Source: Azolla caroliniana
Taxonomy: Eukaryota; Plantae; Polypodiophyta
Assembly: GCA_043228905.1 (NCBI GenBank)
Contig: JBHGNT010000668.1
Coordinates: forward strand, 1-18,076
Length of the DNA: 18,076 nt
Direction of reading: 5' to 3'
The first letter of the stretch is position 1, and each line of letters begins with the position of its first letter. The translations under genes and the position numbers were made by a program. The notes beneath the pieces are model-generated. The model was not told the origin of the DNA. It made no database searches and worked only from the letters and a program-made list of their open reading frames with translations. Positions 1-10,630 of this stretch are shown piece by piece.

Positions 1-2
1 AG

Positions 3-2039
3 GAATGTGATCGTCTGAGTTTGATAGGCGGCTCATCTAAGCTACGAGTTTTTGTCTTTTCAACATCTGATCTTGATGTGACTGATTTGCAAGATATGTC
101 TCTAGACCATAAAACTTCGGAACAGAAATTCGTGGATGCAGTAAATGCTATGGCAGCCATTGACATAGCAAGCTCTGGAATGCATAACAAGTTTCCTGTG
201 ATTGCAGAAGGGGCCATAGGCCCAAGTTATAACATGAATGATGCATATGAGGTATGGAATGGAGTTGAAAGGCAAGGCAGACCCGTTTCTCTTATTAGAA
301 AAAACCCTCAATCCGATGTTTGGCTTGCAGAGGGGGCTTTACCATTCGAAACATTTCGTAGATTTGACGACAATCCTACAAACCATGGCCAACATCCATT
401 TCCGCTGCTTCCTCATGAAACCATTGCAAACCAACAGCATGGGTTTATTGGTAATTCGGTTTCTCCACCAGATTCATATAACAACATAGATATGTATAGT
501 GGTGCTGTGGGTATGAATGATTTTTATGATTTAGAGAATGTGGGTGCAGTTCCCTCTTCTCAATATGAACCCAAAAGCAAATTTCTAGCAGATCGGCGAA
601 GCCCATTAGCAAGTTCCCTAATACAACCTCAGGAAGAAAAGTTAACAATATACCATAATGAGCACAATGATGAAGAGAGAAGGGACCCTGGAATTAGCAT
701 GGATTTTGGCGTAAACCTTAGAGACGGAAAGCTTTTAGACCTTGATGATTTCAAGAGTTCAGATGCTCAACTACATGGTGATCAATTTTCATTGTCTCCT
801 GGTGCATTTCTGCAGAAACAACTACATGAAAATCACCATCCAGTGGCAAAGCATTCTAAGAACCTACCATTTGCTGACAGTGGTGAACCACTTGCCACAG
901 TAGATGACTTGAAACAACATGAAGTGAATAGAAAAGCTTTAAATGAACATGGTGGTGATTATGAGTGGGATCGTTTCCCTATCTATGATGCTTCTCCTGC
1001 TTCAGATCTGGCAACTACAGACATTGGAGGAGCTCTGCGTACACAATCCTTCATTGAAACTGAAGTGAATTCACTTTCATCTCCTTCTATTGAGAAAATA
1101 AAAAATGACAGGAGGTTGCAACAGGGGATAGGAGGTATACATCAGCGACCCTTGGCAACAAATCCTGCGATGATATCTTTAGATGAAGGGCAACAACCAG
1201 ATATAGATTCACAAGATTTTCCTGATCATATGACAATTCATGGTGAGAATAATGAGAAATTTATCCATTTACAATGGAATCCTAAAGATCCATTTTTGAG
1301 CTCAGAGAACTATGAAGAAGATATTCTAAACCTGAATAATCGCCAAGTATGGTCACAGGTTCCTGAGACTTACTCTGATAGCTCCTCAAATCTCATTCCT
1401 TCTCGTATTCATAAAGTTGATGATAAAGACTTCCTAACTTATGTGGATAGATTTCAGTCTCAATCAATTCCATATTCACAACAAGAGCAACCAGGGAAAA
1501 ATACAACGCGTAAGGCATTGGAATCTGAGACCGAAAATATCAAAGAGGCTTCCTTGTCATCGGTCATGGATGATTTTCCAGCATTAGACATGATTTCAAA
1601 CTTGCTCCGTTCATCTTCACGGGCTGATTGCATACCAGCAAAAAGCTCAACAGAAGGGAGTCTTGGATCAGATAAGACAGGTGAAAGAGAGACAGAAGGA
1701 CATCTCAAACTGTCTGATAAAGCAACCTTTGATGATGGAGGACTTAAAATGATTCATGATGCTTTACCTTCAAAGGAGGAGTTTGACATAATAATGTCAA
1801 CGACATTTGTGGATACCTTAAATGAAGAAATACCTAGAGAAGATTTTTCACCGATTAGAGATACCATAACCCCTGTGGCTGTGCCTTGTCTTGCTGGCAC
1901 ACCACCTACAACTTCTTTAATTGACACATGGGATGAATGCGAGAAAAATGATGTAGTTCCACAACATGTGATGCATGAAATACCTGGGGAAGATCAGATT
2001 GATTTGGTATCTGATGTTAGTAAAGAAACTGTCCCTGAG
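3..2039 (+). CDS. B4 Raf-like MAPKKK, large exon (5'-partial): end of PB1 domain plus long acidic linker
   Basis: Frame is open from base 3 (ECDRLSLIGGSSKLRVFVFS), resembling the PB1 C-terminal 'GSxKLRxFLF' motif of B4 Rafs. It ends at donor GAG|GTATGT (2039/2040), phase 0. Confidence 0.85.
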
Positions 2040-2113
2040 GTATGTGAGATAGGAAAAAAGATTTACTCATCTTCTTCTCCGAACCTGTTAAAAAAGAGAA
2101 AAATTCTATGCAG

Positions 2114-2221
2114 GAGTACAGAGTGGAGTTGGAAGAAACTGACGAATTCAAGTCTTTTGGTAATGTGTCAACAGATCCTGTGACTCTTGCAGAGGCAGAG
2201 GCGATATCTCGTGGTTTACAG
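2114..2221 (+). CDS. B4 Raf-like kinase exon 2 (EYRVE...[11 protein letters not shown])
   Basis: Acceptor TGCAG|GAG at 2113 and donor CAG|GTGAGA at 2222. 'AEAEAIxRGLQ' is the typical pre-kinase segment. The 74-bp intron 2040-2113 explains the frame change between the two ORF calls. Confidence 0.85.
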
Positions 2222-2302
2222 GTGAGAACTTATTCGAGTTTTACTGCTATGCATTTTCTCTTGTATTCACTAATTGTATACATGTCATACATGGATCTTC
2301 AG

Positions 2303-2455
2303 ATAATAAGAAACAGTGATCTGGAAGAACTAAGAGAACTAGGATCTGGCACATTTGGTACAGTTTATCATGGGAAATGGAGGGGCACAGATGTTGCAAT
2401 CAAACGGATTAAAGCCAGTTGTTTTTCTGGTCGAGAAGCAGATAGAGACCGACTG
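2303..2455 (+). CDS. B4 Raf-like kinase exon 3 (subdomains I-II)
   Basis: [37 protein letters not shown] contains the Gly loop and VAIK lysine. Acceptor TTCAG at 2302, donor CTG|GTTTGT at 2456. Confidence 0.95.
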
Positions 2456-2542
2456 GTTTGTATTCTGTTAGCTGAAGAAGTCTAACAATATTATTCGGCA
2501 TGCAATTTCAGTAAGTGATTGTATGATGCGATGAACTTGTAG

Positions 2543-2706
2543 ATGGCTGACTTTTGGCGTGAAGCATATATCCTTGGAAAATTACACCATCCCAATGTGG
2601 TTGCATTTTACGGTGTCGTACCTGATGGTCCTGGTGGGACTCTAGCTACTGTGACAGAATACATGGTTAATGGTTCATTGAAGCAGGTTTTACAGAGTAA
2701 AGACAG
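2543..2706 (+). CDS. B4 Raf-like kinase exon 4 (subdomains III-V)
   Basis: [45 protein letters not shown]. Acceptor TGTAG at 2542, donor AG|GTACAG at 2707 (phase 2). Confidence 0.95.
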
Positions 2707-2797
2707 GTACAGTGTCAGGATATTTTGCGTGTAAAGATTAAACAATCACGAAGTAATGCTTACATGCATGTATGCTGACTTGGATACTATTGGGCAG

Positions 2798-2945
2798 GAC
2801 ATTAGATAGACGCAAACGTTTGCTTATTGCAATGGATGCAGCATTTGGGATGGAGTATTTGCATGCGAAAAATGTGGTTCATTTTGATATAAAATGTGAA
2901 AATCTTCTTGTCAATCTACGAGACACACAACGACCTATCTGTAAG
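2798..2945 (+). CDS. B4 Raf-like kinase exon 5 (catalytic loop)
   Basis: [49 protein letters not shown]. Acceptor GGCAG at 2797 completes an AG+G Arg codon. Donor AAG|GTTATA at 2946. Confidence 0.95.
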
Positions 2946-3561
2946 GTTATAATCTGGGAACCTTTCATCTCAATCATAATGTATTTTGTATGATCAATGC
3001 AATGAAAAGTATTTTTTTGCGTTTTACCTTTGCTTGAGGAGATGGTTTGAAGTAGCTCATCCATTGACATCATCAATCGTTGCTGAGAAACATGATGCTA
3101 GCACAATTGCATCTTTATCAGAAAGTGATCTTTTGCAGAAAGTGGTCATATATGCTTTATGGAGTAGGAAGTCATGAAAACTGGTGGGATAGAAAAATGT
3201 TGAGAATAACACAACCAACAAATTGACTGTGTTCAACAACTGGAGATGAGAATTATGATGATGCCTTCACATCCAAAGAATGGTGGGGAATACACTTGAG
3301 GGGATCATTGATGAGTTGAGCACATATTTTTGGCTGTCACAACTTCATCCTTCTATAGTGTCCATAAGTTTTTCGTGTGGCCATGAGAGTTTTTTTTGTA
3401 AGTTGTTAATTCATAATTATTTCAGTTGGTGATTCAGTTGATGTTTAAGTGGAACCAATAAAATCAATACTTTTTGTCAAAAACAAAAAAAGAAATAGAG
3501 GGTTCATGATAGATAGACATAATTTATTAGAGACATAGAGAGTGGAATATCTAGACTACGT

Positions 3562-3834
3562 TAAAGGTAAAGAGGGATGTTTGAGGGAGCAGCTATTGAC
3601 TGATGATGTTCAGCAAACAAGACTGTAGTAGAGATGAGAGTAGAGGCACAGATTTTTGGGTGTACCCAACTGCCTTGATTGGTACACAAGAAACAAAGGT
3701 TATTATATTAGTTAACCCTACAAAGAAAGCGGTGTGTTCACATTACAAAAGGAGGTGTCCTGTCCAGGTGAACAATGTGTTCACATATACGAATAATTAC
3801 CTAATTTGTGAACTATGGGCCTTTACACCTAACT
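3562..3834 (-). repeat. 3' LTR of copia element 1 (273 bp)
   Basis: Direct repeat of 8219-8429, adjacent to the PPT. Confidence 0.92.
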
Positions 3835-3845
3835 ACCTCCCACTT
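3835..3845 (-). other. Polypurine tract of copia element 1
   Basis: Minus strand AAGTGGGAGGT directly before the 3' LTR. Confidence 0.85.
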
Positions 3846-3864
3846 AAAGGTCCGATGTGAACAT

Positions 3865-6800
3865 TCAAGTAACTCCCACTAACTGTACGCAATGCTCATG
3901 TTGAGCTTTGCCAAGACTTTTGGTGAGAATATCTACAGGATTATCCTGTGTTTTGATCTTGGTCAATGTGACTAGACCATCCTCCAAAACTTGTCTGATA
4001 AAGTGATGTCGCACATCAATGTGTTTAGTGCACGAATGAAACATGGCATTCTTAGCCAGATACACAGCACTCTGGCTATCACATCCTAACACAAGAGTAC
4101 TAACAGACATGCCAAGATCTTCAGCAAGTCTGCTGAGCCATATAGCTTCCTTTGAAGCTTCTGTAGCTGAAATATATTCAGCTTCAGTAGTACTCAGTGC
4201 TACAATCTTTTGCAATTTGGAGCACCAAGACATTGCTCCACCAGCAACCGTAAATATATACCCGCTAGTAGACTTCTGTGTATCCAAGTCACCTGCCACG
4301 TCTGCATCACAATATCCCTGCAAACTTAATGCACCCTTCCCATAGCATAAACTTTCTTTGTGTACCTTTAAGATACCTGAAAACACACTTGACAGCCTCC
4401 CAATGTGCTTTGCCGGGATTAGACATATAGCGACTGACAACTCCCACTGCATAAGCAATATCTGGATGAGTAGCTACCATAGCATACGTTAGAGAACCAC
4501 ATGCTGATGCATAAGGAATTCCCTTCATAGCATTTATTTCCATCTCATCCTTTGGACAATCAGCCTTTCTAAGTTTAAGATATGGTGGTAAAGGAACTCC
4601 AAGAGACTTTGCTTTTGCCATATTAAATCTGTTAAGCACTTTTTCAATGTACTTTTCTTGTGACAAATATAACAAATTGTCCTTTCTGTTTCTACTAATT
4701 CTCATGCCCAAAATATGCTATGCATTTCCCAAATCTTTCATAGAGAAGACCGATTTCAATTGATCTTTTAGAGCATCAAGACTAGTCTTTCTTTTCCCAG
4801 CTAGCAACATATCATCCACATATAGAACAAGTATGATGGGACTATCATCAATATCCTTTTTCGTGTATAAACAATGATCTGCATAGCTACGATCAAAGCC
4901 TTGAGAAAGCATAAAAGTATCAAACTTCTTATACCATTGTCGTGGTGCTTGTTTTAGGCCATACAAGCTACGTTTTAGTTTGCATACCAAATGCTCCTTG
5001 TTAGGGACTACAAAACCCTTAGGTTGTTTCATGTAGATCTCTTCATCAATATCACCATGCAAAAAAGCGGTCTTTACATCCATTTGGTACAACTCCAAAT
5101 TAAGCATTGCAGTGAGAGCAAATAGCACACGAAGTGTGGTCATCTTCACAACAGGAGAGAAGACCTCTTGGAAGTCAATACCTTCCTTCCGTGCATAACC
5201 CTTGGCAACTAATCTTGCCTTGTATTTTGGTTTCCCTTCAATTTTCTTTACCTTATAAACCCACTTATTTGGAAGAGCTTTCCTTCCTTGAGGTAAGGAC
5301 ACAAGATCCCATGTATCATTTGCATATAAAGATTTTATTTCTTCTTGCATTGCAAGCTCCCACTTACTGCTAAGTTCACATGACATTGCCTCCTTATAAG
5401 TAAGAGGTTCACCCTCATCTGATAGCATGACATAATGCAAAGAGGGGTCATATCCATATACTTGCCTCCTTGAACGATTAGACCTACGTACCCAATGATC
5501 AGTATTTTCTGGGATTGGTTCTAAATCTGGAGGAAAATCAGTTTCAACACTTTCTGGCTCTTGCAAACCATGTCCAACATGTTGTTCGACATCTATATTT
5601 TGTTCTTCAGTACCTTCATCTCGTTGACCAATACCTTCATGAGCATCTCTTTGCTGTGCAACTTCTTCTGGCTCAAAGATAACCGGTCAATCATCATATT
5701 CAACCTTTGGTATATCATCATGAGGTTTATTTTCAGATTTTGTGGATGGCTGTAATTGCTGAAATGGAACGCCCTTAGAGTTCCCAACAGAGGAACAAGC
5801 ATTTTTCAGCAATTTTTCTTCATTAAAAACAACATCCCGGCTGCGTACAATTTTTCTGGACTGAGGTAACCAAATCCTATAGCCCATTTCACCTTCATCA
5901 CCGTAGCCCATAAAAATGCCCATGGTGGACTTAGCATCGATTGAGCTTATTTCTCAGCTCACTTCTAATGTGTACAAATACAAATGCATCACAACCGAAA
6001 ATTCGTAAATGGTCATATGAGGCTGGTTTGCCAGACCAAACCTCCTCAGGGATTCCATTCTTTAAAGACTTGTTGGGAGAACGATTACATATATGAACTG
6101 CGGGTTTTAATGCTTCTCCCCAAAATTCATGAGGGAGATTAGCTGTGGACAGCATGCACCGTACTCGCTCACACAAGGTCCTATTATATCTTTCTGCCAC
6201 CCCATTTGATGAAGGGTTATATGGAGCTGTAAGCTCTCTTTTAATACCATGTAAGTCACAATAGAACTTAAATTCTGCAGATGTAAACTTACCCCCATTA
6301 TCTGTTCTGAGACATTCCAGTTTTGTCCCTTTTTGGGTAGTCACAAATGCATTAAATGCATGAAAAGGTTTAAATGCATCACCTTTCTTTTTCATCAAGT
6401 ACACCCAAATCTTCCTAGAATAATCATCGATAAAGGAAATAAAATATGCAACACCGCCCAAGGATTTTACAGGCATGCTACATACATCAGAATGCACCAA
6501 ATCTAGCACATTTGGGTTATGAGAGATACTAGAATAATAAGAATTTCTCACTTGTTTGCCAAATAGACAATCATTACAAAAACCCAGCTTTGATCCTTTT
6601 AACATCAAATCTTTTTAGAGTAGAAAGGACATCAAGTCCTTTTTGGCTCATATGTCCTAATCTCTTATGCCAAAGCTCTAAACGAGAGTCAAATTCAGCA
6701 ATAGCAAGAAACCTTCCAGGTAAAGCTTTACATTGCAAACAGTACAGAGTGCCCTTTTTGCAACCTTTCACAATAACCTTAGATCCTTTCTTTAGTTTCC

Positions 6801-8032
6801 ACAATCCACCACTGAATAATGTGGTGTAACCATGCAAATCCATTTGTCCTACAGATAGCAAACTTTTCTTAATGCCAGGTACATACCTAACATCTTTGAG
6901 CACGAGCTCTTGACCATTATCCAAAGACAAGTGTATGGTTCCAATACCATCAATATTGTAAGCACTATTGTTACCAAGATAAACTTTTCCATAATTGCCT
7001 GTGTCAAATGTGGTAAAGCACTCCAAACATGGAGTAACATGAAAAGAAGCCCCAGAGTCTACTATCCATGTCTGTGTCAATCCATCATCAATTGACAATA
7101 AAGCATCAATAACATCCGTTTTGGTGATTTGCATGTCTTGAACATGAGCTATGAAGGTATCACCTGTAATGCAAAGTACATCACCATCTTCACTAGATAG
7201 GTCTTCAATGATAACATTTGAAGTCATATTAGCTTTCTCTGTTGTATTAAATTTATCATCTTTATTTTTCTTCTCTCCTACATTCTTCTTCCTTTCTAGT
7301 TCCATCTTCAAATATCTACAATTAGGTTTCTTATGACCTTTACGGCCACACTGATAACATGTGATATCTTGTTGCTTTCCTTTCCCTCTACTCTTACTTC
7401 TATTTCTTTGTCCTACATTTAGGTTCCTCTTATCATATCTCCTCCTAATATTGTATGCTGAACCACTACCTTCTCCGCTAGATTGTCTTCTAAATCTCTT
7501 CACTGAGAATAGAGCCCCGCACACCATCGAAGGTCAAGGTGGGGCTATTAGATAGTGAAACAACTAATGTTTCCCACGAATCAGGTAAAGTCATAAGTAA
7601 GAAAATAGCTTTGAGCTTGTCATCAAAAGCTGGTAATCCCGAATCTTGTAGTTGGGAGAGAGTACATGTGAATAATGATAGATGCTCTGTTGCACCTTTC
7701 GACTCATCAAGCCTCATACTGACAAGTTTTCTCATCAAATGCACCTGATTCACAGGAGTAGTATTCTCGTAAGTTGTCTTAAGTTTCTCCCAAACTTGAT
7801 GGGCAGTAATCAAGCCCTTTATATCTACAAGAATTTCATCAGAAACAACCATTTTAATATATGTAATGGCTTTCTTATTCAGAGTGTTCCAAGCATCATT
7901 TTCCATGCTCTCTGGTTTCTTTTCCACGAGAGCATCTTCACAATCCCTCAGAAAGAGGATGCCCAGCATACACTCTTTCCATAATTCGAAACCTTTTCCA
8001 TTAAATCTCTTGATTTCAAAGAGGTTTTTCAT
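3865..8032 (-). pseudogene. copia gag-pol polyprotein, disrupted
   Basis: Gag (IKRFNGKGFELWK), zinc knuckle CYQCGRKGHKKPNC, protease WIVDSGASFH, integrase LWHKRLGH/RTDNGG/NGVAER, RT KARLVAKG/YVDD, RNase H STTEAEY/KHIDVR. Frameshifts near 7492, 6597, 5940 and 4360, and in-frame stops at 5687-5689 and 4718-4720. Confidence 0.95.
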
Positions 8033-8202
8033 TTCAGTTGAAGTGGAGGCTATTGCTCCCAAGATTTATGACAAATGCCTTCAGAAAATTGAGCAAAATA
8101 CCAATAGGAAAGGGTTTGACAGAAATTTTTTATTTATTTTAAAAACTGTGTTTTCTGTTGATTCTGAATCTAAAAAAAACAGCAAAGCAGAGGAAAGAGA
8201 TT

Positions 8203-8216
8203 TGGCTCTGATACCA
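8203..8216 (-). other. Primer-binding site, initiator tRNA-Met
   Basis: Minus strand TGGTATCAGAGCCA, complementary to the plant tRNA-iMet 3' end. Confidence 0.93.
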
Positions 8217-8218
8217 GT

Positions 8219-8429
8219 TAAAGGTAAAGAGGGATGTTTGAGGGAGCAGCTATTGACTGATGATGTTCAGCAAACAAGACTGTAGTAGAGATGAGAGTAG
8301 AGGCACAGATTTTTGGGTGTACCCAACCACCTTGATTGGTACACAAGAAACAAAGGTTATTATATTAGTTAACCCTACAAAGAAAGCGGTGTGTTCACAT
8401 TACAAACATACGGGCCTTTACACCTAACA
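8219..8429 (-). repeat. 5' LTR of copia element 1 (211 bp, U3 deletion)
   Basis: Matches 3562-3834 except about 4 substitutions and a net 62-bp deletion. Starts TGTTAGG on the minus strand and lies next to the PBS. Confidence 0.92.
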
Positions 8430-8926
8430 TACGTTTGCTATCTTGATATCAGTTGCTGGATAGTTTATTTCAGAGGCAAACTGTGCACACAGGCTTACGG
8501 CTGGTTATCTGGGTGGTCAGAACAGTTGATTATCCCACTTGTGGAATGTGAGGATCTTGTGCTGGATTTTACCAGCTCATTGCCTATGGCGCTATCCACC
8601 TACCCATGAACTAGTCTACTGAACTCCCATGCTGGCTTGCACACTGGATATATCTTCGGTGATCAGCTCTTCAGTTATGATATAAATGGAGTGTACATTT
8701 ATTCTATGGGGAGATTTCTATGGACCCAATCTTCATGCTCTCCACTACTGAATACTCTGGATGCATCTTAGATACATTATATTCTTAAGAGATCATTATC
8801 ATGGAGAATTTTCTGTATAGCTGATAGCAGCATTACTTCGTGGTGTATTTGAAGAGTAGTTACACTTAGATTCTAGATGGCAAAACTCATTCCATCTTGG
8901 GGAGACTTTTCAGTGTATGGTTTGAA

Positions 8927-9200
8927 CTCATTCACACCTTGAGGAGTCAATAGGATGCTTCAGCTGGATTGTCGAGGGAAGAAGAGGAAAGAAGGCAGAC
9001 TTTCCTGGCTTCCTGGAGGCAATCTTAGCTTTTCTTTGATTTATCTCTTGAAGATATTATTGTGTGCTCATTCACAGCTTTAGGATTCTATAGGATGGTT
9101 GAGCTGGATCATTGAGTGAAGTAGAGGAAAGAAGGCAGGCTTCCCTTTGCTTCGTGGAGGCAGTCTTAGCTTTTCTTTGATTTGTTTCTTGAAGATATTA
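8927..9200. repeat. Degenerate tandem duplication, period about 140 bp
   Basis: 8927-9059 vs 9067-9200, both running CTCATTCACA...GAGGAAAGAAGGCAG...TCTTAGCTTTTCTTTGATTT...CTTGAAGATATTA; roughly 80% identical by eye. Confidence 0.9.
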
Positions 9201-9408
9201 CTTCGTAGCAGTATTCTCATCCACTGGTTTAATCGGTCTGGCTTCCATCACCATTGACTGATGTCTGAGTTGTCCTTGTGACAGTACTTGTATATACTGT
9301 TGATGTACAATAATCAGAATTAGACTGCTTGGCAATTTAATTGGTTTTTTTGTACAGTTAATATATAACTGTATTTCTTTGAAAAAAAAGAACTTTAAAT
9401 TTAGATCA

Positions 9409-9732
9409 TGAAATGAGCCCAAGAGGGTTGCTTGGTACCACTTGTGTGTAATGGTGGGCTTGGAATAGGATTGATAGGAGAAAGAAAACGGCTGAGATGT
9501 AGAGGAAATAGAGAGAGAAAATACACCTAGGTTTTTTTAGCCCCCAAAATACAAAATGTTTTAGGGGCAATAGTATATTGTTTTATTAAAATGTGTTTTT
9601 AGAGCACTTGGGCCAGTTTGCACTGACCAAGTGACCTGAATATGTCTTAAGAGGCTCTTAAAAAGTGTTAATAGTGTGAAAGGGCCATTATAAATGTACC
9701 ATTGAAAAGTTCTTGAACCTTTATAACCAACA
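9409..9732 (-). repeat. 3' LTR of copia element 2 (324 bp)
   Basis: Its first ~55 bp match 10220-10275 (GGTACCAC core). Its last ~190 bp match 11521-11707 (CCCCCAAAAT...TTTTATTAAAATG...CCAAGTGACC...TTGAACCTTTATA). Roughly 70-75% identical by eye. Confidence 0.85.
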
Positions 9733-9784
9733 ACCTCCTGACTAAAGCGCCAAGGAGGCTCCTTTAAGCTATGTTTCTTAAACT

Positions 9785-10020
9785 AGCAGAACACAATGTG
9801 GTGTTGTGCCCTTCAGAGGTATTTAGTGATCATCTGCATGATTTTTCCTAGTGCTGATTTTATGCAATGAGCCGAGTTCCTCCTCTATCACCTCCTTGAT
9901 GAAGTCATACTACACATCAATGTGCTCAGTGCATGCATGAAACATGGTGTTCGTACCCAAGGATATGGCATTCTGGCTATAACAATGTAGGACTGGTATC
10001 CCTTTATGTAGACTAAACTC
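9785..10020 (-). pseudogene. copia RNase H C-terminal remnant
   Basis: Hand translation: IPVLHCYSQNAISLGTNTMFHACTEHIDV*YDFIKEVIEE...KISTRKNHAD, homologous to CDSQSAVYLAKNAMFHSCTKHIDVRHHFIRQVLED of element 1. Confidence 0.88.
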
Positions 10021-10284
10021 ATTGGTTGTAACAAAGTTCATTTTGCATTTGAATACCTGCAAAAGGTAGGTATTTATGGGATTCCTCATGTTTTAGACCT
10101 GTTCTCACCATGAAACTTCTTCAAGAAGCATCAAGTGTTTGTAGAACTGAATCAGCAGCAACACTCTTTTGTTTGCAATGCCTTTGTCATGAGAGATATA
10201 CCTTGTCTCTAATACCAATTGAAAGGTCATCAAGAGGTTTGTTTTGGTACCACATGTTGTGATGGTGGACTGGGAAGAGAGAGA

Positions 10285-10629
10285 AAGAAAGAAAGAAAGA
10301 AGAAAGACCAAATAAGAGATTACATCTTAAGTGTTGTCTCGTCTTTGAGAACAAATCAAAATAAAATAAATATTGCACAGTAAATATAAAAGTAAATAAC
10401 ATGAAAAGAAAATTAATGAGGGAATCTGGTTTTTGGCACATGTGAGATCCTCAAGTTAGGTATATTGTAGCTTTTGTCTTCGAAAGATCTCTAGCATAGG
10501 TCGATCCAAAATGGAAATGTCTTTGAAGCGAGGGAAGCACCTACAATGGCGGGAGATAATGGCTTTTATCTGTCGATGACAAGGGTGTCGAGGTCATGGT
10601 CCATGGGGCCGAGGCCTATGTGCATGGCA
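10285..10629 (-). mobile_element. Probable second retroposon 3' fragment with (TTTC)n tail
   Basis: Absent from the sister LTR. Flanked by AAGAGAGAGA (10275-10284 and 10630-10639), with a T-rich minus-strand 3' region ending in TTTC repeats. No protein motif recognised. Confidence 0.5.
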
Positions 10630-10630
10630 A

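Larger units (their letters stand above)
3562..8429 (-). mobile_element. Full-length, decayed Ty1/copia LTR retrotransposon (Tnt1/Tork-like)
   Basis: Two near-identical LTRs, PBS, PPT and gag-PR-INT-RT-RH order. TACGT flanks both ends (3557-3561 and 8430-8434). The left boundary is ambiguous by about 1 bp. Lineage assignment is from motif resemblance only. Confidence 0.95.

Noticed and set aside
2040-2183. Apparent frameshift or pseudogenisation between ORFs 21-2183 and 2108-2485
   Set aside because: A canonical 74-bp GT-AG intron (2040-2113) joins the frames.
7485-7530. Programmed gag-pol frameshift
   Set aside because: It lies inside gag, before the zinc knuckle, and a single extra T explains it. 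The element has five other lesions.
3603-8609. Short + strand ORFs across copia element 1 and ORF 10546-10926
   Set aside because: Antisense shadows of retroelement coding frames or LTR sequence, with no recognisable domains.
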